A stretch of DNA of 63,168 nt, counting the filler, from Vannella sp. (lineage: Eukaryota): the NCBI GenBank assembly GCA_023345925.1. It is 8 parts of 8 records of this genome, joined end to end, with 100 filler letters (N's around TTAATTAATTAA, not from the genome) between each part and the next. Parts side by side here need not be neighbours in the genome. Positions count along the whole stretch, not along the records: positions 44,164 to 51,285 come from JAJQQN010000219.1; positions 51,386 to 59,119 come from JAJQQN010001445.1; positions 59,220 to 63,168 come from JAJQQN010000620.1; 5 more parts are not named here. One strand, given 5' to 3'. Within the stretch, counting starts at the first letter, position 1. Every line of letters starts with the position of its first letter. This document shows positions 47,873 to 60,107 of this stretch, one piece after another. The translations under genes were made by a program, and so were the position numbers. The notes under the pieces are model-generated. The model was not told the origin of the DNA, did no database searches, and worked only from the letters and a program-made list of their open reading frames with translations.

Positions 47873-49085
47873 CTAAGAGGAAGGGGGATGAGTGAGATTG
47901 AGACACTCGCTTATGCCCGACACAAACGTTGCCCAGTGGTTGGAAGAATCAGCCTTCACGTCATTGGGGATGGAGAGAGGGTCAAAACAAGCGATGATAA
48001 CATTACAAAGCGCTCTAATGCCATTCCGGCGGAGCTCCATCCGGTCAACAACAAGAACTCGCAACTTTTCCACCAAAGTCACAAAAAAGTCTTTCAGCTC
48101 CTTTTGCCCCAGCGTGACAGAAAGTACCATTAGCGCCTTCAAGAAGGCAGTCAACTCCTTCTCCACACGAGTGGTACGGTCAGCAGGGTTGCTCTTACCA
48201 AATTCAGTAAGAACCAATTGTTTGTACTCCTCCACAACTTCTCGTGTGAACAGCTGCTTCAAGTTTCGAAGTGATTCCGCGAGGTTCTTGTCAATGCTCA
48301 GTGAATTGGTAGCAGAGAGGTTGGCGAGGGGCGAAGGACAACACCAAGTCAATAACATTACTTTGGCAATGTGCAAGAAGTCTTTGTAGCGGAGCACTTG
48401 GAGGCGCTTCTTACTCGTCTCAAATCGATGTAAACATAGAAATACTACTCCTACATAGCTCTCTGCTAGCTCACGAGAGACATGGAACTCGTGGGAGACG
48501 GTTTCGACGAGTCCCATTGTTCCCTCGTTTGCTTTCGTAACAAGGGCGTAGACATTACGTAGGTTGTCGTAGACACGTTTCCCTACCTGTGGAGGTCGTT
48601 TCGTGCGCTCTATCAGTGTATCCAAGCCCTTACGCCCCGTTAACTTAAACTTGGATCCGAGCAACTCGCGGGCGACGACCTCCTCGAGCTCGTAGAAGAC
48701 TTCCATGAGCTTTTCAGTGGTCTCTGTAGGTAGATGGAACGCAGTTTGAGTGGCCAGCTCGCAGGGTGTCGAGAGGAAGTAGCTGAGGAAGGTAAAGTTC
48801 CGGACTTGGTCCGTCACACTTTGCTCGACCATTTGGGCCGTCTGCTTGCGCGCTTCATTGGGGCCACACACTTGCAGTAAGTATTGTTGATACACTGACG
48901 CGTAGCCCGGCTGCTGGAGCAAGTTCTCGCTGATCTCGTGAGCTGCCGACCCTTTCAGTCTCCCTCCCACTCGCTTCTCTCTATCACCCACCTGTTTGCC
49001 CCTGAAGCCACAGAGAGAACGAGTAAACGTCTATTTGGAGAGGTGCACACAACGACACAGAGCAAAGCAGCTTTGCCTCGGGCAT
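47873..49085 (-). CDS. FIBP: FGF intracellular-binding protein homolog
   Basis: IDVYSFSLWLQG, ARELLG, YDNLRNV and HRFETSKKRLQ match the FIBP pattern. One intron. Confidence 0.85.
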
Positions 49086-49139
49086 GTCGGCCAACCCAGA
49101 GCGCTAAAGAATGAAAGGTTTCGCCTTCTCTGGATGGGC

Positions 49140-50534
49140 TTAGCGGCTAGTGCGGAGGCTGTCATGTTGAGAAGCAAGAATGGCATCACAGAACTCGATG
49201 ACGAGCCTCTCACACCATGCCAGACCCTTCCAAGGGGTCGGGCCATCCATCCAGCCGGTGTGTCCGCCTCGTTGCGTGGCAGCAAAGATGATGCAGGGGT
49301 TCTTCTTCAGTTGTTCTACTGGTACGCACGACGGGAGGACTACAGGGTCATCCCACGCATGCAAAACGAGGGTGGGGATCTTCCCTCCCGTTAGAATCCT
49401 CCAGAAAGGGGCCAAGGAGAGCCTACCTGGACCAGTTCTAGCTTCTCGTCACTTCTGATGAGGTTTTGATACTCTTCCACACTGCTCACACCGTAGAGAG
49501 GAGCAGAAAGGTGCTTGTGAAGCTCCTCCATGGACTGGGCGGCAAGAATCCCCGCGTGGTCAAGCCCAGGGACGTCCTTGAAGAGCTCCTGGTTGCGCTC
49601 GTATCCACCCTTAAACTTGCCGAGGAAGTGCTTGTCGTAGACCTTCTCATGAACGCGGTTTCCTTTCCACGCGGACACGCACTTTGGCATGTTGAAGGGA
49701 GCACTCAGAACCATCAATCCAAGGAGACGGTGTGGTGTATGCTTCTCTTGTACGTACTTGAGGAGGTAGTGGCCTCCAAGAGAGAAGCCCACACCGATCT
49801 TGGGCGCATCTGGGTAGCGCTCATGGATAAGCTCGATCAGCTCGTGTGCATCGCTTACAGAGTCCAGGCAGAAGAACCTTCCACTCTAGAAGAACACATT
49901 GGGTAAGGTAGAGCTCCCTACAGAAGCCTGCGTTGACGTACGGTCATGGGACTGCCAGTGGCGTTTGGGTAGTTCATCACTACTGGTCGGAAACCCTTCT
50001 GGCGGAAGGCTATAGAGAGATAGACCATGTATGAACTTCCACTGTTGCCTGTGACGCCTGTGAACATGACAATGATGGGGGAATCGTCGTGCAGCTCGGG
50101 TCCATCTGCTTGACTCCAATCAAGCTCCAGAGTCGCTCCGTCACTCGCCCGAAGGATTTCTCTGAGGCCTAAGTGTTATCATAGGCCCCCAGTACATCAG
50201 AGAGAGCATGTACCGTCGGTATCGAGGCTCGAGAGTGACACGGAGCCTCATTAACATGATCCCCTGCCAGCCGCAGCTTGACCATCAACATTCAAGCAAC
50301 ACATACCAACACGTCCATCACACTCACCTGGAGATGAGAGTTGAATGCCCAAAGAGAGGGCCAGTAGCTCCCCCGAAGAAGCGAACATCTTTGGACGAGT
50401 CTGTTGTTCCGTTGGTTGTTCACAAAGGAGACTCGCACCGGCGACACCATACACAACACATAGTACAACCCATAACCCACCAACCCCAGAACCCACGAGG
50501 TCGCCACCCAAAACAGCAGGCCGTAGCCCAACAT
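49140..50534 (-). CDS. ABHD1/2/3 (YheT-like) alpha/beta hydrolase, spliced
   Basis: N-terminal TM, YWPSLWAFNSHLQ, GFSLGG, LHAWDDP and GGHTGW. Confidence 0.88.
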
Positions 50535-50606
50535 CCAGCACCCGAAGGAGACCAAATGACCTCAGAATGGGTCGAAAAGGGTCACAAAGGGGCCTAAAGA
50601 GGTGAA

Positions 50607-51285
50607 TTAGATGTTGCCAGTCTCGTGGCCACGAATGAGAGCCTTGATCTGAAGGTACGAGTTGGCCACGAGGGTCTCGTTGTTGGTCTGCTGCGCCTTG
50701 TTGAGGAAGGCTGACATGATCTCTTTGTACTCTTTGGGCTTTTCAGACTCTAGTTGATCGATTAAGAAGCGGCTGGCGTGGCTGAGGGTGGAGGGTGGTG
50801 AGTTCAAGTGACATTGTAGGAGGCCGAAGTGACTTACTAGGCGATGGCTGGGTCTCGGGACGCTAAGAGCTTACGGAAGAATGGAATACCGCCAATGCCT
50901 TCTAGGTGAGTAGGGTCGGCCATACACTTATCAATCATGACGATGAGAACAGCCAAACGGATCTCCGGGAAGTTCTTGTTCACGAGGCGGTCAAATAAGA
51001 TGGCAAACACTTGAATGTCCACTTCACTCTTCAGCTGTTGTGGTAAAACAGCTGCTCCACGAACAAACAACGAGTGGAGACAGTCATCCGGTGGGTTCTC
51101 GTGGTAAGGATTCCCGCCGGCACGGAATACTGGTTCAGGCTTCCCTTTAGTTCCTTCTCTCCTTTTCCTTGTCTTACGTACCACTGCTAGTACTACAAAA
51201 GCTCCAGATAAGGTCAAAGATCCTGCGGGAGTTGTAGTCATTGAGGGTGTCGACTAAAAGGATTTTGAGAAGATATTCGTTCATC
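50607..51285 (-). CDS. 3' fragment of a conserved helical protein (resembles the plant CLoG1-type C-terminus)
   Basis: IGGIPFFRKLL..DPAIAY|HASRFL..EKPKEY..KAQQTNNETLVANSYLQI. Confidence 0.65.
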
Positions 51286-51385
51286 NNNNNNNNNNNNNNN
51301 NNNNNNNNNNNNNNNNNNNNNNNNNNNNNTTAATTAATTAANNNNNNNNNNNNNNNNNNNNNNNNNNNNNNNNNNNNNNNNNNNN
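51286..51385. other. Artificial contig linker
   Basis: Same spacer. Confidence 0.99.
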
Positions 51386-51556
51386 GAACGCGCAGGGACC
51401 TCCGAAGGAAGAGCAGCCGTACAATACGGACTCATACTCCCTCCCGAAGACTCCAAGTTCTCCCCCCGCACAACTAAACCCTGTTATCATCAATCCCTCA
51501 CACCCCACAACCTCTCACTCACCAGTCAACGTGAGACGAGCAAGGATCTGGCTCAT
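51386..51556 (-). CDS. 5' fragment of a C2-domain protein, spliced
   Basis: MSQILARLTLT|VVRGENLESSGGSMSPYC matches the first two C2 strands. Confidence 0.55.
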
Positions 51557-51656
51557 CCTCTTGCCCGTCCACCAACAAGGTCCGAAAAGAAAATGGAAAA
51601 TTCCAAAACACCCGAAAACCCTTCAAATTGTATTGTCAATATTAAATGATTGAATT

Positions 51657-52925
51657 TTAATCTTTCTTTTCCTTCCCTGTTGATGGGCGAAGGCGTTTTG
51701 GTCGCGGTTCGTTGGGGTTGGAGTCTTTGGCAATGCGAGGGCGTTTGAGAGGAGAAAAGGGAATGGGGGAGAAGGTTCGACGGGAGGAGGGGTCAGGCTT
51801 GGCTGCGAGAGGCGTCAAGCAGGTGCTTTGCCGTCTTTGAAGGGTCGAAAGTCGATATTCTGGGGTCTTTGGCGTCGAGCTGCGTTTTGGCGTGACCGGC
51901 TCCTCTGATATGGGAGCTGAGCGCATGGAATCGAAGAATGCGTGCAAAGTGAGCTCATGAGGACTGGCTCCTCTTGTCATCCGCTGCATCAGCGACCGTT
52001 TCAGACTCTTTCGTTGCTTCACCAGATCCAGGTCAAGCAGGTGTTCACCGTCTTCCTCCTCTTCAGCTGAATCAGCCCACGAAGAGATCCTGATCTTGCG
52101 CAAGTACCCCGCAAGGTGTTCTGTGTCTCTGGAAGCCATGAAAAGCTGATTCGCTGGGCCATGAATGACGGTTCCATCTTCTGTTGCGATCTGGCTGAGC
52201 CCAAAGTCTACAATGGTGACGACAAGAGACGATTCCACGAGCCAGTTGTTGTCCCCGTGATGATATTGGTGGAACCTACGCGCTCCTGAGACATTCTTGC
52301 GGTCTAATAGGATGTTTTTAAGATGCAGATCGTTATGCATGAACTGACACGCCTCCTGTGCCCTGGCGAGGGAGAAGAGCACCTGAAACAGCACTTGCTT
52401 GAAGAGATAGAGTGAGATGCTGCTCCCCTTCACTGTAAGGTCATGCAAAGGCTTCCCTGCTTGCTTCATGACCAAGTTCATGCATTGGACATTCTCCTTC
52501 TCGCTAGCAGGACACGAGGACGGCTTGTTAGGAGGAGTCTGTTGGACCCAGCATTTGTTCCAGTTCAGAAGGCGGATGAAGTTGTGATTCCCCTTGATGT
52601 GCGACGCAAGCGTTTGCATGATCTTGAGCTCACGATAGCCAGTGGCCTTCTTGTCCGTAGGATCAGGGAGTGTTTGTCGTTTGATGGCGACGGAATGTTG
52701 CCCCGGATTACTCACGGCCAGGTACACTAATCCAGCCCTCCCTGTCATCTCTTGGGAGTCATCAAGCGCAGGAAACTTCCTATCCAAGTCACGCAGAGCA
52801 CTCTTGCTCGGCAAGTGACGAGGAGTGTCTGGTTCGGCCAGTAAAGGGCTTGGCAGCGGCACGTTCGCTTTGATCTCCCTCTTAGGAGTCAACAGCAATC
52901 GCCTATCCTTTCTTGTAGCACTCAT
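51657..52925 (-). CDS. Atypical haspin-like protein kinase
   Basis: VAIK, FMHNDLHLKNIL and IVDFGLS. No APE motif and a short C-lobe. Confidence 0.75.
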   Translation of the reverse strand: MSATRKDRRLLLTPKREIKANVPLPSPLLAEPDTPRHLPSKSALRDLDRKFPALDDSQEMTGRAGLVYLAVSNPGQHSVAIKRQTLPDPTDKKATGYRELKIMQTLASHIKGNHNFIRLLNWNKCWVQQTPPNKPSSCPASEKENVQCMNLVMKQAGKPLHDLTVKGSSISLYLFKQVLFQVLFSLARAQEACQFMHNDLHLKNILLDRKNVSGARRFHQYHHGDNNWLVESSLVVTIVDFGLSQIATEDGTVIHGPANQLFMASRDTEHLAGYLRKIRISSWADSAEEEEDGEHLLDLDLVKQRKSLKRSLMQRMTRGASPHELTLHAFFDSMRSAPISEEPVTPKRSSTPKTPEYRLSTLQRRQSTCLTPLAAKPDPSSRRTFSPIPFSPLKRPRIAKDSNPNEPRPKRLRPSTGKEKKD

Positions 52926-53072
52926 CAGCACCAAATTGATCTCCCCAACCTCGCTAAACCAAACGAACCTCAAAGCTGCTTTTCCCGCCCATTTTATTTT
53001 GCCTTTCCATTTGCCCAGGCCAGAGGTCTGTGGGTCATAGAATGCTTGTAAATCATGTTCGAAAGGTGTTAA

Positions 53073-56000
53073 ATGCCTTCATTTGATAACTGGCAGGGAA
53101 TGGAGCCGACCCGCCTCTTGGTGGGCCTTTGTGCTTCTTCTGACTGCTTTGTTAGGTTGCCTGGACCGCTAGGTAGTGCTTTGTATGAGGTAGGGGTGCT
53201 TGAAGTGAGGGGAAGGTAGCTGATGGGAGGATAGAGAGGGGTGAAGACTCCTGCCTGCTTGCGGCTGAGATGGACGGATGAGAGGGCTGGTAGCCGCTCT
53301 GCGTACGTGGCTTGGGGTGGTTTGACGAGCCAACAGAATGGACATATGGATATCGGTGTCCGGTTCGCCCAATCGCTGGGGCTAATCGGTTCTCCGTCCA
53401 TCAATGGGGATGTTGGAGAAGTGGAAGTCACTCTGGTGAGAGAGGCTAAGCCTGCAACCTTGGTTGTAGTAGAACCTGCATCAGAAGATGATTGGGAAGT
53501 GGTTGTGAGTCGCTCTGTGGCCGCTATGAAGGATCTTCTCTCACCCGAACGCAGGAAGCTAACGTAGAGCACTTGGAGAACCAGATTCTGACCCAACTGG
53601 CTGTTGTCTACGACAAGCAGCTTCTTCCCATCCACATTTACCAGCAATGGATCACTCTACGTGTTGGTGAGGAGGAATCGTCCCTCTTGATCATCTTCTG
53701 ATGTCGATTATAGCCACTGTGGAGCCCGTAGACGCTCAGTGTCTTCGAATGGAGGAAGGAGTACGCTTTGCTGTCGCCCCAAGACCCCGGAAGAGGCTTG
53801 CTGAGGCAGAGGATGACGAAGATCAACCCTCTCCCTTACGATCATGCTTGTTACGCATTCAGCCAGCTCTGGGGTTTGGAGAGGGTCTTCAGGACGTTCT
53901 CATTCACCCTGAAACGATGAGAACACTTCGATGGCGGCCTGGTAACGTCATCAGCATTACTGCATTGCGGAAACCGTTCTCCTTCGGCCTCCTGGACCAA
54001 CAGATGAGGCAAACCAACAAGAAAGTAGACGATAAGTCATTCATCTCCAAGGCCCAGCGTATGGTACGATGTGTGGTACGAGAGAATGCCAAAGTAGCTC
54101 CGTTACATGTGGTACTCCCTCTCCATGTCCAACTCTATTGCTTGGGCGAGGACAGGACTCGTATTCTTGTACGCTTTGTGATGAAAGGTACCCGCACTTT
54201 GAAGAAGGTCACTCCAAAGCGAATAGTGCTTCACGAGATTCGATGGATGAGTTACGGGTAAGTCTGAATTCACATCTGGGAGGCTCAATTCATCGTCTCA
54301 TCTACTTCCAGACCTTCAGAAAGCTCGATGGCATACCTTTCATCCCCTCCATTGTCTCCAAAGCAAATAAGGGAAGGGTTTCTGCATTCTCTAAAAGAGG
54401 GAACTATCTGGGAACGAGAGCAACTCATTCTCTTTCCTGTTGCTGAGAAGGGAGATTCTAATGCATCCAGTTCTTTGACGAAGAGAGCGTTTATTGCTCA
54501 AATTGAACCTCGAAACGACAACTGCTTTTTTCTTAGTATTGACGCTATCAAACGGCGTCAGGATACTGTGGAGATCTCTTCCAAGCAGATTCTTCCTTTG
54601 ACTGTCTCTAGGTGGATTCCAGGTGCTGTCAAGGGAAGTAGTGACTCTCTTTGCGTTGGAGGCTTTGAGAAGCAACTTGAGCAATTGAAGGAGTTCCTCG
54701 TCCCGATTCTCTGCCTTCGGAAAGACAAGATCCAGCTCTTTCCATTGCCTTTGGCGCCTTTAGCTATTGTGTCTGGGAAGCATGGTGCTGGAAAGTCCAC
54801 TCTCATTCAGACTCTCCTAAGTGTCTTTGAAGGAGCTCCTCACTATGTTTACCACCACACCATCTTCTTTGACGCTTTAATGCACAGAAACATTCATACC
54901 CTTCAGCGGTACCTCACTGAGGCACTCCAATTGGCCAGATTGAACCAGCCATCCATCATTGTTTTGGAAAGCATTGACGCTATTGTCACTACAGACCAGC
55001 AGGGGGAGTTTACCATCCTTGCAGAGCAACTATCAGAGTTACTGGCAGATATGTTCTCTCAACAGAGCGAAGAGAAAAACAGGATTGCCTTCATAATGAC
55101 TGCCCAAAATGGGGCAAATCTGCACAAGTCCCTTCGTTCCTCTCATGTGGCACAGCTCCTTATGGAATTAACTGCCCCTGCTGCAAATCAAAGGATAGAT
55201 ATCCTTCGCGCTCTTGCAGGGGAGAAGAAGATCCGGTTGGAGAGCAAACATCTCGATGTGATCTCCAAGAAGTGTGAAGGATACATGCCAGCTGATATTA
55301 GGCAGTTCCTCGACAGAGCCGTTCACCATTGCTCACTAAGATACCTCTCTTCCAGTATCGACTTTGATTCATCTATACTGATGGACTCTGCCCCTGAAAT
55401 AGCCTGGCAAGTGACCTTTGAAGATCTAATGATGGCTCTGGATGGGTTCACTCCCGCTAGCTTGAAGGGAATCAAGTTTGCCAAGTCAGATAAGACTTGG
55501 GAAGATGTGGGGGCTCTTGAAGATGTCAAACATCTCCTAAAGGAGACCTTCCTATGGCCCTCCAAGTATGAAAAGCTTTTTGCCCAATGCCCGCTTAAAC
55601 TCAGGCGAGGACTCCTTCTCTATGGTCCTCCAGGCTGCGGGAAAACTCTGATAGCCAGTGCTGTAGCCCAAGAGTGCAATCTCAACTTCATTAGCGTTAA
55701 GGGTCCCGAGCTATTGAACAAATATATTGGTGCAAGTGAACAGGCAGTAAGTAGGATAGGACCATCGGACTACAAAACTAAGCTTCAAGTAGGTTAGGGA
55801 CCTATTTGAACAAGCCTCTGCTGCCAAGCCTTGTATTCTCTTCTTTGATGAATTTGATAGCATTGCTCCCCGCCGTGGGCATGACAATACAGGAGTGACT
55901 GACCGAGTGGTCAACCAGCTTTTGACTCAGCTTGATGGAGTAGAAAGCATCGCTTCTGTTTATGTTCTCGCCGCGACAAGCCGCCCTGATTTAGTGGATC

Positions 56001-56632
56001 CAGCTCTTCTCCGTCCTGGTCGTCTGGACAAGTGTCTTTATTGTGGTATTCCTTCGGAAGCTGACCGCTATCAGATCCTGCAAGCGGTCTCACGGAAAGT
56101 CCAACTCTCTCCTGAAGTCTCTCTCGGAGAGATTGCTCGAATGACTCAAGGCTACACCGGGGCTGACCTCCACGCTCTGCTCCACAATGCACAGTTGGAA
56201 GTTGTCCATGAGATCATTGAGGAAGGCAAGGAACTCCTGTCTTCCGCCCCTTCATCACAAGAAGCCGACAATTCTCAAACGCACCAACTTATTGAATTCG
56301 GAGCATCCCGAATGAGCAAAGCAGAACGCGCTCAATTGACCCGAAGGGTCAATCAACTGTCATTCCTCAGCTTACCAAAGGAAGGAGCCGAGCAGAAATC
56401 CAAAGAATCTCCTTTGATGGTCATCACTCAAAAGCACATTCGCACCGCTTTCGACGGCCTCCGGCCGTCAGTTTCTCCCGCCGAGCGTGAGAGATTTGAT
56501 GCTATGTAAGTTCCATTCGCTTGCTATGACCCTGCCTAACCCTTCCTCCCTCTAAGATACGAGGATTTCCTCTCCTCTCGTGGCACAGGGGCTGCTCCTT
56601 CCACTGGTGCACTCCGTGCTACACAAGCGTGA
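53073..56632 (+). CDS. PEX1: Peroxin-1 AAA ATPase, spliced
   Basis: [21 protein letters not shown]1 GKHGAGKS, D2 [25 protein letters not shown] and [14 protein letters not shown]. Confidence 0.95.
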
Positions 56633-56817
56633 CCTCATCAGCCAACGAATGAACTCAAACCCACTGAACCAGTCTCATTCGCTCCCCAAACTAAAGGAAG
56701 GAGGTTGCGATGGCCAAAAGTCCAAATCCCCTTCAGATAGCTTATCTGCGGCTTCTCCTGGCGCTTACAGAGGTAATGAACAACAGGGATGAAGGAAGGA
56801 CTAAGGCGAGAAGTACT

Positions 56818-57738
56818 TTACAAGAGAGGAGGCATTCGCGAGGGAGAACGGGAGGAATTGACAAATACTATTCCGGATAGGCCCAAGAGGCCTGCTGCTA
56901 GCAAGTGTCTGATAGACAGAGTAGAGGAGAAGAGAGCCCAGTTCACCACATTCGTTGCAATCAGAGAAGCAGCGAAAGCATACCGCTTCGAGATGGCGTC
57001 GTTCCTTTGGAGGATCAATTGAGAGAGGATTCCTTGGCCAGCTCCCAAAGCTACCACCAGGAGGAAGGACTGTTGGGTGTAGATGTAGAACAGTGCTTGA
57101 ACAGAGCTGGCTTTGCTCCACAGGACGAAGATCAGAGTGAGGAGACTTGTCCAAGCGAATAAGAAGGTGTTCTTCATGTGGAAAGGCATTTCAGGGTCTC
57201 TCTTCAGTAGTAGCTCACTATAGACGTCAGCAAAGCTTCCAATGAATGCCAGGGAGAGGCCAACAAGGATAAACGACCCTCGCACATCCCATTCAAAGGA
57301 GTAGAGCGATGTCCAGCCCTCAGAGAGACCCAAAAGACCTAAAGCAAACCACGAACGAAGGGATAAGCGCTTATGGAGAAGCGAGTACATCAGGTACCCC
57401 GAGAACAGCACTTGGAAGGCGCTGACCACGTGAAACGACTCCACCGTGAAGTGTATGACTTGGTAGAACGCCAAGACGTTGAGAAGAGTCATTGGAAGAG
57501 CTGGTATACCATAGATGACTCCCTCTCTGCACAAAGCCGTGAACTTGAACTGTTCCAACCGCGAAAGCGCCTTTCTTCTCCCAAAGATTGCCAGACCCAG
57601 CGATACCACCAGCTTTACCAGCTCTGTAGCAAGAATCACAGAGAGTGGTTCATCCTCAAGCCCGAAGAATGGACTGGTAACCCTCCGCCCCAACCGCCAA
57701 GCCGCAAGCAAGCCCGCATAAGCCGCCAGAAGCCACAT
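56818..57738 (-). CDS. Nucleotide-sugar transporter (SLC35A-like), boundaries uncertain
   Basis: Multi-TM; TELVKL, YGIPA, FADVYSELLLK and DAISK. Confidence 0.82.
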   Translation of the reverse strand: MWLLAAYAGLLAAWRLGRRVTSPFFGLEDEPLSVILATELVKLVVSLGLAIFGRRKALSRLEQFKFTALCREGVIYGIPALPMTLLNVLAFYQVIHFTVESFHVVSAFQVLFSGYLMYSLLHKRLSLRSWFALGLLGLSEGWTSLYSFEWDVRGSFILVGLSLAFIGSFADVYSELLLKRDPEMPFHMKNTFLFAWTSLLTLIFVLWSKASSVQALFYIYTQQSFLLVVALGAGQGILSQLILQRNDAISKRYAFAASLIATNVVNWALFSSTLSIRHLLAAGLLGLSGIVFVNSSRSPSRMPPLL

Positions 57739-57976
57739 CCCGCCAAATACTGGAAGCCAGGGACACTGGCCTTCTCCCTCTCTAGAAGACCCTTTGCTGA
57801 ATCAGCGTCGATCTACTGATGGATAGAAGCAGATGATGAGCGCCAGGGAGAGGACAGAAGGGAAGAATGTGGTCTCAAGTCATCTTTCAAGAAACACTCT
57901 TTTTCGATGGAGCGCCCATGGGGAGGTCTGAGAGCTATAAGGTAGTGGTCTTGAAGGATAGGAAGTATGTTTTAGG

Positions 57977-59119
57977 TTAGTGGTTGGTCATGGGAGCAAC
58001 GTGGCAGTCCGCTGCAGGATTCATGACGGAGCGGCAGTACTCTTTGGTGCAGCCAGGGCAGCGGAACTTGTACTGAAGGGAGTGGAGTTGCTTGGATTGA
58101 AGATGGTCACGTACAATGTGCGCGAAAGCCTCAATCGCCAGAGGGTCGTCATTGAGGGAAGGGGCGCGGACATATTCCTTGATTCCAGCCTTCTCAGCGA
58201 CCTCTTTGAACTCGATATCGATCTCAGAGAGCGTTTCAATGTGGTCTGATGTAAAGGCGATCGGGACGATCAGAGTGGACTCGCCAGTCTTGCCCAGATT
58301 CTCCAGTACTTTGTCGGTTTGGGGTTCTAGCCATGGGATCTTGCCTACTTGTGACTGCCAAGTGAGCATGTATCGGTGAGAGAAGCCAAGCTGCTGCATG
58401 ACAGCGTAAACCGTCGCTGCGACCTCAGCGGGGTATTGATCTCCTTTGAAAACCGTCTTCAGTGGAAGGGAGTGCGCAGAGAAGAGGATAATGGCGTCAC
58501 TACGAACAGAGTCACTCAATCCTTCGAGTCCTCGCTTCACCAAGGCGGCAATGGCGGAGATGAACTTTGGATGAGTCGCCCATCGATCAATCACGCTCCA
58601 AGAGAAGTCCTTCTCCATGTTCTTCTCTTTCAGAGTCTTCCACAAGTGGTTCAGAGAAGATCCAGCAGTAGTACATGAGAACTGGGGGTACTGAGAGAAC
58701 GCCACAGCCCTTTCCATGCCGTCCTCCTTCATTTGCTCGATGGCGCTGACGACTGTGGGTCCTGCGTATCGGAAAGCGATATAAGGTCGATGTGGCGCAG
58801 TCTCTGGGCTAAGCTGATCAAGGATCAGAGCAGTCTTCTCGCCCTGAGAGCGAGTAAACCGAGTAATAGGACTGCATCCGCCAATCTCCGCGTACAGCTT
58901 CTGTACATTCGGTGTTCTACGCTTCGCTAAGAAGGGAGCGGTCCACTTCTGCAGTGGCATCTCGATAATATCGCGATCAGTGAAGAGATTGTGCAAGAAC
59001 GGGCCCACTTCTTCCAACGACTCTGGGCCGCCCATGTTCAGCATGACCACTGCCGTTCCCTTCTCACGGACTTGAAGGACACTTCCGCATGCTCTTTGAG
59101 ATCGCAATGACAAGCGCAG
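57977..59119 (-). CDS. FECH: Ferrochelatase (5' truncated)
   Basis: LNMGGP, YPQFSCTT, FSAHSLP, FTSDHIETLSEID and a C-terminal CPGC....C ([2Fe-2S]-type). Confidence 0.97.
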   Translation of the reverse strand: MRLSLRSQRACGSVLQVREKGTAVVMLNMGGPESLEEVGPFLHNLFTDRDIIEMPLQKWTAPFLAKRRTPNVQKLYAEIGGCSPITRFTRSQGEKTALILDQLSPETAPHRPYIAFRYAGPTVVSAIEQMKEDGMERAVAFSQYPQFSCTTAGSSLNHLWKTLKEKNMEKDFSWSVIDRWATHPKFISAIAALVKRGLEGLSDSVRSDAIILFSAHSLPLKTVFKGDQYPAEVAATVYAVMQQLGFSHRYMLTWQSQVGKIPWLEPQTDKVLENLGKTGESTLIVPIAFTSDHIETLSEIDIEFKEVAEKAGIKEYVRAPSLNDDPLAIEAFAHIVRDHLQSKQLHSLQYKFRCPGCTKEYCRSVMNPAADCHVAPMTNH

Positions 59120-59219
59120 NNNNNNNNNNNNNNNNNNNNNNNNNNNNNNNNNNNNNNNNNNNNTTAATTAATTAANNNNNNNNNNNNNNNNNNNNNNNNN
59201 NNNNNNNNNNNNNNNNNNN
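59120..59219. other. Artificial contig linker
   Basis: Same spacer. Confidence 0.99.
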
Positions 59220-59817
59220 TCCTGACCGAATCATCGAAGGAACGGTCGTGGCAGACAAGCTGGTAGTGGGCGAAATGGGTGCTTGTGGATCTCCGTCTAT
59301 CCGTCATATGGACTGGCTCAGGAACGGTATCCACAACAGACTGGGCCATCCTCCGATGAGAAAGAAGATTCTCTTTGTGGAGCGCGTTTTTGACGGCGCT
59401 GGCAACAGCAACGAAATTTGGAAGTCCATTCAGGACTTCGCTGCAAAGAAAGGTTGGGATACTTACCTTCAGACATCACACAATCTGGCCTCCCTGGAGC
59501 ATCAAATCGGCAACTTTTCTGACTCTGCCATCATCGTGGCTCCTCATGGAGGAGGCTCTGCTTTGCTCATGGCCGCGCAACCAAAAGCTTGTTTCATCGA
59601 AATGCTGTCTCCCGGCTATCGATTCCAGATGATGTATGGCGAGATTGCTGGCCGTCTCTCGATAGAGTACTTTGGCCTTCTCATGGATGTGAGCCCGGAG
59701 ATCATTCTGGACACTATTCAAAGGTGCTTCATCTACCAGGAGCTGAACAAAGCCAAAAAACCCTTCTTTCTATTCAGGGGCACAAAGCGGCAAGAAAAAG
59801 CAAAGCCTACCATCTAG
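59220..59817 (+). CDS. GT61-family glycosyltransferase, C-terminal part
   Basis: EHQIGNFSDSAIIVAPHGGG and FIEMLSP. Confidence 0.75.
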
Positions 59818-60107
59818 GCCTCCCCAGAAACGTCCCTTTGACTGATGATAAGTGTCAATTTGAGCGATAATCGAGTAAACCGCTATTCGCCCCTTAGACC
59901 ACGAACGCAGCAATCTCCTCCATTGAATCCCTTCCAAATGAACTTCAATTGGACCTTTCTCTCTTCTCATACAATCCAAGAGGATTTTGGGACTCAAAAA
60001 GGTCTCCCAAAGGCGTCCGTTTGATGCGTTGGCCAACGTGAGTTTCCCATAAGGGCGAGGGGATGCCGGAATGGGTTTCATTGGTCAGTTAGGTTCAAAG
60101 GAGTGAG

